Shown piece by piece: positions 50,140 through 60,277 of a stretch of 64,000 bases of DNA. How positions within the stretch are numbered: the stretch's first letter is position 1; every line of letters starts with the position of its first letter. This DNA comes from Promethearchaeota archaeon. GTDB lineage: Archaea > Asgardarchaeota > Lokiarchaeia > Sigyniarchaeales > SOKP01. The translations under genes were made by a program, and so were the position numbers. Below the pieces are notes generated by a model that searched no databases, was not told the DNA's origin, and saw only the letters and a list, made by a program, of their open reading frames with translations. The stretch is from positions 32,001 to 96,000 of the forward strand of contig JAEOTP010000016.1 in NCBI GenBank assembly GCA_016839765.1. Direction: 5' to 3'.

Positions 50140-50336
50140 TTAAATTTACTAGTCATCATATTTAAATCTTGCTATGATTTAAAAAAGAATTCATTTTTAG
50201 CTTTATAATTTTTTAACATTTTTTTTAAAAACACATAATTATTCTATAAATCTTGAATATATTAAATTAAAGATTTAGAAAAATATATATTTCCATATTG
50301 ATATTAGTAATATAATAAAATGACTAGTAAATTTAA
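50140..50336. promoter_or_regulatory. 17-bp motif present twice in inverted orientation, one copy before each divergent gene
   Basis: TTAAATTTACTAGTCAT (50140-50156) is the exact reverse complement of ATGACTAGTAAATTTAA (50320-50336). Confidence 0.6.
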
Positions 50337-50361
50337 ATATTAAAAAAAGGGAGGAATTATT

Positions 50362-51186
50362 ATGAACGAGGAAGAATTTATCTATATAGGCACAATATCT
50401 CGTGATTATATAAAGAAAGAAGTATTAAAAAATAATTTATTTCTTTTATTATATGCGGGGATTGTATCAATCATTAGCTTCTACGTTTATTTTTTAGATT
50501 CAGGATTCGATTTAGACCTATTTCTTATTTTAATTCTTACGTGCGCAGTAGCTCCATATGTAGTTGTAGCTTTGATATCCGCCTTGTATTTTTCAGCTTA
50601 CGTTCGAAATTTTACTTATAAAGTGCAAAAAGACAGTATCGTGATTAATCATGGGGTATTTACAAAAACAAGAGCTACTATACCTTATAAAAGAATCCAA
50701 AATATTAATATAACTACAGGAATATTTGATAGGATGTTTAAAACTTATACAATAAAAATTGAAACCGCTGGTCATAGTGCTGTCAGCTCAGGTACGACAC
50801 GCCGAGGTATAGGTCCTGAAGGATATATTCCAGGTTTAAAGGATCCCCATATCATTGAAAATAAGATTAAAGAAATTATTGCTAAAATTTCTACAACCCC
50901 AAGTGGTTTAGAAGAGAATATTTTCAAACCTGAGCAATTAGCATTTGATAATTTTATTAGCTATGTTCTTTCTAAAATGCGAGAGGGAGAAAAACTAAAG
51001 ACTTCAATTAAGCAACTGAGAGAAAAAGCAAAATTGTCTGCTGCGAAATTAGCAGAGAAGGTAGGAGTTCCAATTGAGACAATTCACTATTTGGAAGAAG
51101 GGAAGTATAATCCAAGTTTATTATTAGCTTCTAAAATCGCTGAAATTTTAAATTGTAAAATAGAAGATTTGTTTGAGTTAGCATGA
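50362..51186 (+). CDS. Membrane protein: 2 TM + bacterial PH (YdbS-like) domain + C-terminal XRE HTH
   Basis: HGVFTKTRATIPYKRIQNI...IKIETAG; LREKAKLSAAKLAEKVGV...LEEGKYNPSLLLA. Confidence 0.85.
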   Translation: MNEEEFIYIGTISRDYIKKEVLKNNLFLLLYAGIVSIISFYVYFLDSGFDLDLFLILILTCAVAPYVVVALISALYFSAYVRNFTYKVQKDSIVINHGVFTKTRATIPYKRIQNINITTGIFDRMFKTYTIKIETAGHSAVSSGTTRRGIGPEGYIPGLKDPHIIENKIKEIIAKISTTPSGLEENIFKPEQLAFDNFISYVLSKMREGEKLKTSIKQLREKAKLSAAKLAEKVGVPIETIHYLEEGKYNPSLLLASKIAEILNCKIEDLFELA

Positions 51187-51242
51187 AAACAAATTAGTTT
51201 TTTTAAAATTTAAACGTTATTTGATAGATTGGTGAGAAATCT

Positions 51243-51671
51243 GTGAAATTTAAAACTAAGATAAAGACAAATATAAAACTTATTAGAGAAGAATTGAAAC
51301 TTACTCAGCAAGACTTAGCTGACCGTATCGGAGTTTCTCGCCAAACAATCTACTTCTTAGAAAAAGGAAAATACAATCCATCACTCACAATTTCTTTTAA
51401 GATTGCTGAAGTTCTAGATAGACCTTTAAATGAAATCTTTTATCAAGAACCTGTCATTAAAGATGAACTAAAAGAAATGAAACTCAAGAAACCTTATAAG
51501 GAAGTAGAGGATTTTATTAATACTCAGGATATTGATCATAACATCTTATTTCAAATAGGGGATATAGATGAGAAAGAATTATCAAGAACTTTTAGTAAAG
51601 AATTTTTAGAAAAAGTAGCTATATTTTTGGGATATAAATTTGAGGATCTTTTTATTGATGCTGATATTTAA
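51243..51671 (+). CDS. XRE-family HTH transcriptional regulator
   Basis: LTQQDLADRIGVSRQTIYFLEKGKYNPSL. Confidence 0.9.
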   Translation: MKFKTKIKTNIKLIREELKLTQQDLADRIGVSRQTIYFLEKGKYNPSLTISFKIAEVLDRPLNEIFYQEPVIKDELKEMKLKKPYKEVEDFINTQDIDHNILFQIGDIDEKELSRTFSKEFLEKVAIFLGYKFEDLFIDADI

Positions 51672-51736
51672 CCACAATTTAACAGTATTTATGAAACATT
51701 AAAAAGCATCTTTTCTTTTTATTCTTGAATGATTAA

Positions 51737-52570
51737 ATGGGTGAATTAACGATAGATAATATCGCTATTAGTACAAAGGGTTTGACTAAACATTTTGGTA
51801 AAATAATCGCGGTAAATAATTTAAATATTGAAATTGATTACGGTAAAACATATGCTCTCTTAGGACCTAATGGAGCTGGAAAAACTACAACTGTCCGCAT
51901 GTTAAATTCGATTATTTCCCCTACTTCTGGCACAGCCTTAGTGGGAGGTTATGATATCATTTCCCAGAGTATAGAAGTAAAAAAAATTTGTGGATTTCTC
52001 CCTGAATCTCCTGGTTTATATCAAAAATTAACTCCTCGAGAGTTTTTAGAGTTTATTGGTGAATTATATTCTTTACCTAAAGAATTGATAATTACTCGTA
52101 TAGATGAATTATTAGAGATTTTTGACTTAGAGGGGAGAGAAAACGATCTATTAGAAGGTTTTTCAAGAGGCATGAAACAAAAAGTTTGTTTATGTGCTGC
52201 CTTGATACAAGATCCGAAAATAATTTTCTTAGATGAACCAACTTCAAATTTAGATCCTGCTGCTACTAGAATGGTAAAAGATCTAATTTCTGAGTTAACA
52301 AGGAAGGCAGATAAGACTATATTTATTTGTACTCATCTCTTAGATACGGCCGAAGAATTATGTGATCGAATTGGTATTATTGATAAAGGAACATTGAAAG
52401 TAGAGGGGACACCACGAAAAATAATTGATTCTGTTAATGCTCAAGATTTAGAGGATGCTTATTTAAAAATAATGGGAGTTACGAAAATTGAGGATTTATT
52501 AGCTTGGAGAGAAGAACTACCCGAAAAAGCTAAAGAGAAAAAAAAAAGGAAAGGAAGAAAAAAGAAGTAA
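51737..52570 (+). CDS. ABC transporter ATP-binding protein (ABC-2 type)
   Basis: GPNGAGKT, FSRGMKQK, FLDEPT, CTH. Confidence 0.95.
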   Translation: MGELTIDNIAISTKGLTKHFGKIIAVNNLNIEIDYGKTYALLGPNGAGKTTTVRMLNSIISPTSGTALVGGYDIISQSIEVKKICGFLPESPGLYQKLTPREFLEFIGELYSLPKELIITRIDELLEIFDLEGRENDLLEGFSRGMKQKVCLCAALIQDPKIIFLDEPTSNLDPAATRMVKDLISELTRKADKTIFICTHLLDTAEELCDRIGIIDKGTLKVEGTPRKIIDSVNAQDLEDAYLKIMGVTKIEDLLAWREELPEKAKEKKKRKGRKKK

Positions 52571-52571
52571 T

Positions 52572-54185
52572 ATGGCGGCTTGGAAGGCGATTGCCAAAAC
52601 GGAATTAAGAAGAAAAACAAGTAGTTTTCGTAATCATAGATTTTTGTTGTTTCTAGTAATTTATACAATACTCTGTGTATGGGCATTTCTATTTGCACCT
52701 TTAATTTTTGACTTATTCATGCCTAATTTAGTCACATATTTCCCAGGAAATGTTTTTTCAGTTGTTGGATACCTTATAGAATTTATACTGATGATGCTAT
52801 TCCTGATGATTATAATGTATCCAATGCAAAATATTTATCGAAAGACGGAGGTTGGCTATAAAGAAATGGTATTAGCATCACCAGCTAGACCAGGTGATAT
52901 TTTTTTTGGAGAGTTTATAGGAAAGGTACCAATATATCTAATATTTATTTTAGCATTAGCACCAGTTATAACTGGTTTAATAAATCCAATTATAAATTTA
53001 AACATTATTCAATATATCATTATTTATTTATGTGTAACTGGACATGTTATTTTTGCTGCTTTATTAGGGTCCATTTTAGTTTCTTGGCTCGAACATAAAA
53101 TAGCAAGAAGTGAAAAAGCACGTGATTTAGGTAAAGTACTACTATTTCTTTTAGCCATTGCAATGGTTGCAATATTGTATACATTTACCTATTTATTTAA
53201 TTATATAAAATCTAATCCCCATATTAAAAACTATTTAAGTTTTTACCCTTCATTATGGTTTTCAAATATTATTTTATACACGATTCAACCTGTATTAATA
53301 AGCTCGTATATTCTTAATATCTGGGTAAGTATTTTTCTTGCTGTCTTTATTCCATTTACAATTCTATATATAACTTTCAAAAAAGCGTATGCGTTTTTCT
53401 CTTTAGAAACTAGCATTGAAAAAACTAGTACGATTATTGAAAAAGAAAACAAGTTCTATAGATTCATACGAAAAATTACAAGAATAAAATGGGAAGGTTT
53501 AATTATAACTCAATTAAAAGAATTTTTCAGAAAAAGGGAAAATATAATGAAAATTGTATATACCATAGGATTAACTTTATTTGAAGGCGTTATTTTTGCA
53601 TTTTTAGGAGGAGATTATCCGAATTTAGATACACAAGACATAAGTTTGTATATGATGATGAGTGTTATGATTGCTGGTATGTTATTCAGTTTATTTTTAG
53701 GGAATTTTATTTTTGTTGGGTCGAAAGAGCTAATATGGGTATACAAGAAATCCCCCAGAAATATTAAAGTATTAATCTTTTCATATCTGCGAATGATTGT
53801 TATTATTATCTTCTTTATTGGAATTGGTTTGACTATCTTTTTTAGTTTATTTTTTCAATATGATATATTTACTGCGATTTTCTTTTTTCTATTTCTTATT
53901 ATATATAGTTTAATATCTGTTTCTCAAGCTATAGGACTTCAATGTATAAATCCAGCATTTGAAGAAAAAGGAGGTGATATGCAACTTACCATAGGGATTT
54001 TGGTTATTATTAACATGGCAACAATCTTTGGAAGCCTTTTTTTAGGATTTCAATTATTAGGGAATTTTAATCCCCCGCCAGAATTAATAAAAGTGTTTTT
54101 CAGCCTTCCTTTAATAATTTTTGGCACTTTATTTGCTATTCCACTACTATTTTTTGGTCTTAAAAAATTAAATAAAATAGAATAA
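52572..54185 (+). CDS. ABC-2 type exporter permease
   Basis: About 12-13 TM segments in two halves; starts 1 nt after the ATPase. Confidence 0.8.
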   Translation: MAAWKAIAKTELRRKTSSFRNHRFLLFLVIYTILCVWAFLFAPLIFDLFMPNLVTYFPGNVFSVVGYLIEFILMMLFLMIIMYPMQNIYRKTEVGYKEMVLASPARPGDIFFGEFIGKVPIYLIFILALAPVITGLINPIINLNIIQYIIIYLCVTGHVIFAALLGSILVSWLEHKIARSEKARDLGKVLLFLLAIAMVAILYTFTYLFNYIKSNPHIKNYLSFYPSLWFSNIILYTIQPVLISSYILNIWVSIFLAVFIPFTILYITFKKAYAFFSLETSIEKTSTIIEKENKFYRFIRKITRIKWEGLIITQLKEFFRKRENIMKIVYTIGLTLFEGVIFAFLGGDYPNLDTQDISLYMMMSVMIAGMLFSLFLGNFIFVGSKELIWVYKKSPRNIKVLIFSYLRMIVIIIFFIGIGLTIFFSLFFQYDIFTAIFFFLFLIIYSLISVSQAIGLQCINPAFEEKGGDMQLTIGILVIINMATIFGSLFLGFQLLGNFNPPPELIKVFFSLPLIIFGTLFAIPLLFFGLKKLNKIE

Positions 54186-54276
54186 AAGCACGACCCATCC
54201 AATAAACAATAAGAAAAGAATTTTTTACTATTTAAAATTTTAAAAAATAAGAAATTAAAAATTCTTTTCGGATTAA

Positions 54277-56220
54277 TCACATGGGATTAATTAAATAATC
54301 TATTAAGTTGTCAATATTATCTAGGATTTTCTGTAGTGATGCCAATATAAGGTCTCTATCTTCAATACTTAAACATCCAATATCATAAATACCGTCTATT
54401 AAATCCATGCCAACTAAAATTTTGGATCTTGCCTCTCTTAAATAATCTAGAGATTTAAGTATATTATCAGCCATAAAGTTGTCATAAGCTTCATTTAAGT
54501 CTTCTTGAATAGCGTTAAAGAAACACGCAACAAAACTACAAATACAAGGTTGCACTAAATTGCAAATATAACTCTTGATCTCATCAAACTGTTTATTTAT
54601 ATATTTAAAAGAATCGTCTGGAGTTATGATAATAACTTTTTCAATAGTTGAGGTTTCTTCATCACCTTCCCATTCTCGATCATTATTTGTCGCATTAATG
54701 ATTAATGTATGAGTCCCTATACCTCCTGAATAAAAGATATTTTTGCAAAGTCGAAATTTAATTTTTTCTTCGTCTAATATGCCTGTTGCTATTACTTCTT
54801 CATATTGGTTGATAATTATGTAAGTTCCGGTTGCTTCACTATCAGTAATCCCATCATTATCAATAATTACTAAATCCAAATAATCTTCATTTTCATCAAT
54901 CACTATTTCAGGAGCAGTAATATCATCATCAAAGATCTCAAAAGAGGAAGTTATAGTAGTGTTTAATTGATCTTGGCCATATTCTGAATCATTATCAATG
55001 GCAACGGCATAAAACTCATATATTCCAGGAACTCTCGGATTTGGAATCCGTATTTGAATACTTTCATCGTTATAATAATATCTGGTATCTATAAAATCAA
55101 TAAATAACTCTGCAATACCAGATTCATCCTCAGCCATAATTTCGAAAATTATGTAATCATAACAGTCATATATTGGCGCATTTAGTATACATACTTCTGA
55201 AAAAATGGGACAATTAACATCATCATCAAAAATTTTGAAACTTGAATACAAGTTAGATTTTAATTGATCCCCTTCTCGATCATTATCTGCATCAAAAGCA
55301 ATAACATCTAAACTATACTCTCCGGGAATAGCAGGATTGGGTATAGATATATGATTGTCTTTATCTTCATCAACATACTGATCTCCTAAAAAGTCAATAT
55401 ATAATTCTCCAATACCAGTATCATCCTCAACTACTATTTCAAAATCAATGGTTTCATTATTATCGTAGATTGGTGGATTTTCAATGTCAATACTAATAAA
55501 AGTTGGAGGAGAGGTATCATCATCATAAATATTTAATGTTTTATACTTAAAATTAGATGTCCAATAATTAGAGATGTAGAATGTTCGATAGTAATAATAA
55601 TCATCCCCTTCAAAATCTATTTTGTATAGAACTTTTACGTGAAAAAATAATTCATCGCTAATCAAATCAACATTCTCTTTTTTTGCGGTATAATCTTTTT
55701 CTGAGGTTGTCCATTGTACATGATCTTCTAAAATCTTGCTATATCTAACTCCCATAAAACTCTCATCAGGATTAAGTTCGTTCAACACAGGGGGAGTACC
55801 CGTTTGATACTGCTTAAAATCACTTCCATCTTCAAATTTTTCGCTATCCCCTAAAGAAGTATCCTGAATATTATAATCAAGATAAGCATAAACTCTGATT
55901 ACCCATTCTTCAGGTGTATTATCATCTAATCTAAAATCAATCTCGAATAGTTCGTCGTTATGACTTTTAAGATCTAATCCTTCTATTGGCAGGTTGTCAG
56001 GTCCAATATATCTAATAAGGGGAGTATTTATTTGCTCGTTTAAGGAAGAAATTGATCCCGTATTCCCATTATTTAAATAATATAGTTCATCAAGAACATC
56101 AAAAGCATTAACTCCCTTTGGAGGCGTTTCTTGTATTGTTCCAATAAGAGTAGTATTTATTAAGATTAAGAAAATTACTAATATTAACCTATAAGTTTTT
56201 CTCCCCATAAAGAATTTCAC
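54277..56220 (-). CDS. Secreted acidic protein with ~100-aa tandem Ig-like repeats
   Basis: Signal peptide; repeats start DDD(T/V/I)xxP and contain IPNPxxPGxY and DxD(N/S)xxxxDQ; helical C-terminal domain. Confidence 0.75.
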   Translation of the reverse strand: MKFFMGRKTYRLILVIFLILINTTLIGTIQETPPKGVNAFDVLDELYYLNNGNTGSISSLNEQINTPLIRYIGPDNLPIEGLDLKSHNDELFEIDFRLDDNTPEEWVIRVYAYLDYNIQDTSLGDSEKFEDGSDFKQYQTGTPPVLNELNPDESFMGVRYSKILEDHVQWTTSEKDYTAKKENVDLISDELFFHVKVLYKIDFEGDDYYYYRTFYISNYWTSNFKYKTLNIYDDDTSPPTFISIDIENPPIYDNNETIDFEIVVEDDTGIGELYIDFLGDQYVDEDKDNHISIPNPAIPGEYSLDVIAFDADNDREGDQLKSNLYSSFKIFDDDVNCPIFSEVCILNAPIYDCYDYIIFEIMAEDESGIAELFIDFIDTRYYYNDESIQIRIPNPRVPGIYEFYAVAIDNDSEYGQDQLNTTITSSFEIFDDDITAPEIVIDENEDYLDLVIIDNDGITDSEATGTYIIINQYEEVIATGILDEEKIKFRLCKNIFYSGGIGTHTLIINATNNDREWEGDEETSTIEKVIIITPDDSFKYINKQFDEIKSYICNLVQPCICSFVACFFNAIQEDLNEAYDNFMADNILKSLDYLREARSKILVGMDLIDGIYDIGCLSIEDRDLILASLQKILDNIDNLIDYLINPM

Positions 56221-56378
56221 CTTATACCTATAAATATATTAAATTTCGTTTTATGATCTTTTATATTTGTTTTTTTTCTATAAATGATTTATTATTTTTA
56301 CCTTATTAGCCAAAAATTTTTTTAATAAGTTCGTGATTATTATCAGTTGATTAAAAAAATTTTGTTGAATTCCAAAAA

Positions 56379-57422
56379 ATGAAGAAGATAAGAGCAATAA
56401 AATATTTATGGATTTTGATATTATTTTTAGTCTTTGTAAATTCGATTTTTTATATAAAATACACCAGTTTTACTAAGGTAAATCTAATAGAAAACGAAAA
56501 AGGTAAAATTAAACCAAATGTAGATCATAGTCCTATCATTATAAACGGAAATGGTAATTTTAATCTTACTAATGGAGTTAGTCCTGGGGGAAATGGTACT
56601 TATGGGAACCCTTATGTAATAGAAGATTATACTATAGATATAGATGGACCTATTGATTGTATCTTTATAAATAATACTAACGCTTACTTTAAGATTCAAA
56701 ATTGTACTTTAAAAAATCCAAACACAGGTGGTTCAACTATTAGATTAAATAATGTTACCAATGGATGGGTATTCGACAATGATATTAGCTTAAGGAGAAT
56801 TTTTTTGATTAATTCACATAACATTACTATTTCAAACAATTATATTCATGAAAGATCAAGCATTTCTGTAGAATTTTCGAATAATAATACTATTTTCAAT
56901 AATGATTTAATAAATTGTAGATTAGAAGCAATACATCTGCTACATTCTGATAATAATGAGATTTTAAATAATTATATTAAAAATAGCACTATTGGAATAA
57001 AATTTGAATACTCATCTAATAACACGATCAAAGCAAATGAGATATATGACTGTGAAAGTTATGCCATAGGAATAGGGCACGCAAGTAATAATAATCGAAT
57101 ATTAGACAATTATATCTACAATAACGGGGGGTTTATTGATGAGGCGCAAATTTATATTGATACTGATTGTTATGGTACAATTATTAAAGGTAATATTTTC
57201 AATTATCGCGAAATAATTCCACCAGAAATCCCATGGCTTTATATTATCTTAGCTGTAGTATTGGTAAGTGGTGTTATCATTGGAGTAGTTTTATATCGTA
57301 GATATCGAAGAACAAAAGAATATAAACATCCTGAACCTCCTAAATTTCCTGAATCTGATGAGCCTCCAGCAACTACGGAACAAGTTGATCTCCCTGAACC
57401 TCCTGAACTTGACGAGGATTGA
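56379..57422 (+). CDS. Parallel beta-helix (NosD/pectin-lyase-like) single-pass surface protein
   Basis: GNGTYGNPYVIE, repeated SxNNxIxxN, TM WLYIILAVVLVSGVIIGVVLY, Pro/acidic tail. Confidence 0.85.
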   Translation: MKKIRAIKYLWILILFLVFVNSIFYIKYTSFTKVNLIENEKGKIKPNVDHSPIIINGNGNFNLTNGVSPGGNGTYGNPYVIEDYTIDIDGPIDCIFINNTNAYFKIQNCTLKNPNTGGSTIRLNNVTNGWVFDNDISLRRIFLINSHNITISNNYIHERSSISVEFSNNNTIFNNDLINCRLEAIHLLHSDNNEILNNYIKNSTIGIKFEYSSNNTIKANEIYDCESYAIGIGHASNNNRILDNYIYNNGGFIDEAQIYIDTDCYGTIIKGNIFNYREIIPPEIPWLYIILAVVLVSGVIIGVVLYRRYRRTKEYKHPEPPKFPESDEPPATTEQVDLPEPPELDED

Positions 57423-57440
57423 AGTAATATCTTTTTAATA

Positions 57441-58178
57441 TTAAATTTTATTAAGCCAGCTTGAATCGGATTTTAGCTGCTTATAAATATTTTTATCACC
57501 AAAATCCCCTCTAAATTGCTTTTTTTCCATTTTGACTACTCGGACTTTCCAATTTCTTTCATTTATTCCAATCTTTATTGCTTGAGGTAGCTCTATTTCA
57601 CCTCTTTTAGAGGGAATTAGAGATTTAAGTACTTCGAATATATCTATTGATAAAACAAAAATACCACAATTATTATAATTTGATTTTGATTTACCCTTTT
57701 TTGGTTTTTCAATTATATTTACACAATAGAGGCCATCATAATAAACAGCAGCTCCTTTATGGGCATCTTTCGTGTAATTCGCAACTAATATGAAATCAAG
57801 ATTCTCTTTTTTATATAATTCGTAAGTTTCTCTATAAATTTGATAAGGAACTAAAATATCTCCCCAAATTAGAAAAAAATGTTGGTTTTGGATTAAATTC
57901 TCGCACAATAATATAGCTCCACCTGTCCCATTTAAATCTTTTTGAATAACATATTCAATATTTAATCCCCACTTTTTTCCATCTTGAAAATGATGAATAA
58001 TTTGTTCTTTTCTAAATCCTACTACAATTATTAGATCTCTGAAACCAGCATGGATTAAACCTTCTACTACATATTCTAATAGTGGTCTACCATGAACTGG
58101 TAACATCGTTTTTTGATAGATATTAGTATATGGTCGCAATCGCTTTCCATAACCTGCACATAAGATCACTGCTTTCAG
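57441..58178 (-). CDS. Sugar-phosphate nucleotidyltransferase (probable CTG start)
   Basis: (L)KAVILCAGYGKRLRP, GTGGA, WGD, IEKP, RGEIEL. Confidence 0.88.
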   Translation of the reverse strand: MKAVILCAGYGKRLRPYTNIYQKTMLPVHGRPLLEYVVEGLIHAGFRDLIIVVGFRKEQIIHHFQDGKKWGLNIEYVIQKDLNGTGGAILLCENLIQNQHFFLIWGDILVPYQIYRETYELYKKENLDFILVANYTKDAHKGAAVYYDGLYCVNIIEKPKKGKSKSNYNNCGIFVLSIDIFEVLKSLIPSKRGEIELPQAIKIGINERNWKVRVVKMEKKQFRGDFGDKNIYKQLKSDSSWLNKI

Positions 58179-58375
58179 TAGGTTTCAACTCTATTACTAA
58201 ATTTTATTATATTTATGTAAGTGATGAATTTTCTAATCATTTTTTGATATTATTTTGATATCATTTAGATATTACATTTTTTTTTCTTTTTAGGCACTTA
58301 GATTTTATTGATATATTCGTTGAATATAAAAGTTTAGTTTTTATAATTTTCTATATATTAATTATTGAGATTCAA

Positions 58376-59143
58376 ATGATCAGAGATATTATCATCATTA
58401 AAGATGGTTTACCACTATTAAATAGAAGTTTTTTTAATTCAGCTGAATTTTCTAAATCAGGAAAGCTTTTTGCACACGAAGATAACTTAATTATGGTTTC
58501 TGGTTTTTTTACTGCATTAAATTCATTTTCTGATTCATTTGAGGATCTTGGAACTATTAGTGAATTAAAACTTTCTAATAATGAACTCAAATTATCATTT
58601 CTTAAAGAATCTAGCATTCCTAACTTAATATATCTAGCTACATATGACGATGATTCTAAAGCTGTAGATGTTCAAAGAGTTTTAAGAAAGATTTCTTTTG
58701 CTTTTTTAAATAAATATAATATTAATCAAATTTTAAATTGGAATGGAAAAATTGATGCATTTAAATCATTTGAACACATCTTAAATATCTATGTCACTGA
58801 AGAGCATGAAGAAAAAGAAGAACAATTCAAAGAAAAGGTTACTGAACTTTTTAAAAGTGTTGAGGAAAAAATCAATGAGGAGTCTTGTTTATTAGCATTA
58901 AAAACAGAAAATGAAACCATAGAAGACTTACCAGAATACTGCAGACAAATTCCAAAGTTTATAAGTTCTAAAAAAATAAATCCTAAATATTATCTAACAG
59001 GTAATACAGCTTGTAACGTTTATTATGAAATAGATGGGAAAAAATCAATTAAACTGATTACAAACAAATTAAATTTGGGGCATGAACAAGTTTATAATAT
59101 ATGTAAGAACTTAATTAAATTGGGTTTTATTAGTTTATCTTAA
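58376..59143 (+). CDS. Longin domain + C-terminal winged helix (NPRL2-like architecture)
   Basis: DIIIIKDGLPLL...MVSGFFTALNSFS longin; IPKF...EIDGKKSIKLI...ICKNLIKLGFI winged helix. Confidence 0.7.
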   Translation: MIRDIIIIKDGLPLLNRSFFNSAEFSKSGKLFAHEDNLIMVSGFFTALNSFSDSFEDLGTISELKLSNNELKLSFLKESSIPNLIYLATYDDDSKAVDVQRVLRKISFAFLNKYNINQILNWNGKIDAFKSFEHILNIYVTEEHEEKEEQFKEKVTELFKSVEEKINEESCLLALKTENETIEDLPEYCRQIPKFISSKKINPKYYLTGNTACNVYYEIDGKKSIKLITNKLNLGHEQVYNICKNLIKLGFISLS

Positions 59144-59155
59144 AGAGTAAGATAT

Positions 59156-59461
59156 TTATTTTTGTGAACGTTTTTGATGTTGTTTTTTACGTTTACGTTG
59201 TTCTTCTTGGATTTCCTCATTCATTTGGTTTAAAGCTAATATATCTTTCCCTTGGAATTTAAAAACTCCAGCAATCTTACTTTCTTCTCTATCTCCTGAT
59301 TTACTTACTTTTTCAAAAGATAAGGTGATTGGTAAATCTTGATTTAAAGCCAAATTAATAAAATTAATAAAACCAATATGCTTTGTTGGAGCAACATTAA
59401 ATTTTATAGATACATCTTTGTTTTTTTTCGTTTTTACTTTTAGTATCAATCGCAATTTCAA
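59156..59461 (-). CDS. Hypothetical basic protein
   Basis: 101-aa ORF with K/R-rich C-terminus. Confidence 0.65.
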   Translation of the reverse strand: MKLRLILKVKTKKNKDVSIKFNVAPTKHIGFINFINLALNQDLPITLSFEKVSKSGDREESKIAGVFKFQGKDILALNQMNEEIQEEQRKRKKQHQKRSQK

Positions 59462-59630
59462 TAGTATTCACATTCTCTTGTGTTTTATTCGAATTTAATA
59501 TTTAATTTAAACTATGAAATTAAAAAAATTATATTATTGTGATAATTAAATATTATATAAAAATGAACTTACCGTAGAATTGGTTAATTTCAAAAGGATA
59601 AGCTCATAATCATTCATAAAATTCTTTAAC

Positions 59631-60260
59631 TTGATAATTATGCCCTCCAAATTTCGATTACGCAGAATTTTCCGTCCTTTGATAAAAATTCTAGCCAAGG
59701 CTTTAATTAAGATTGGGGTTACTCCAAATATTGCTACTTGTTTTATGTTGGCGTTCTCCTTTCTAAGTTTTTTTTTCTTGGTGTTTTTATCTAATCTCTT
59801 ACTTTCTTCAATCTTTGTTTTTATTACTGGGATTTTTGATGGAGTAGATGGAGCAATTGCAAGATTAAAAAATAAGGCTTCTTCTTTTGGTCGTTTTTTT
59901 GATTCATTAATGGATAGGATTAGTGAATTTATAATTTTTTTAGCCCTCTTAATTTATTGTTGGGACAATATTCTCTGGAATTTTGTGGATATAAAAATAG
60001 TTATACTAATCTCTTTTATAGCCTCTCTTATGATTAGTTATTTACGAGCTAAAGCAGAGGTAATATATAAGGGAGATTTTGATATTGGATTAATGGCAAG
60101 ATCGGAGAGATTATTTTATATATTCATATCTATGTTATTATCGTCTTTTTTAGGATATATCAATGAATTTCTTTTTATTTTTATGATTTTGGTCTTAGCT
60201 ACGGGTTTTTACAGGTTTTTCAAAATTAATAAATTAATAATCAAATATCTAAATGAATAA
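59631..60260 (+). CDS. CDP-alcohol phosphatidyltransferase (archaetidylinositol-phosphate synthase-like)
   Basis: TPN, DGVDGAIAR...GRFFDSLMDR, SYLRAKAE, GLMARSER. Confidence 0.9.
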   Translation: MIIMPSKFRLRRIFRPLIKILAKALIKIGVTPNIATCFMLAFSFLSFFFLVFLSNLLLSSIFVFITGIFDGVDGAIARLKNKASSFGRFFDSLMDRISEFIIFLALLIYCWDNILWNFVDIKIVILISFIASLMISYLRAKAEVIYKGDFDIGLMARSERLFYIFISMLLSSFLGYINEFLFIFMILVLATGFYRFFKINKLIIKYLNE

Positions 60261-60277
60261 AATTGATGAGTGAGCTT

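Noticed and set aside
50140-50336. MITE defined by 17-bp terminal inverted repeats
   Set aside because: No target-site duplication and no other copy in the window; the position before divergent genes fits operators or promoters better.
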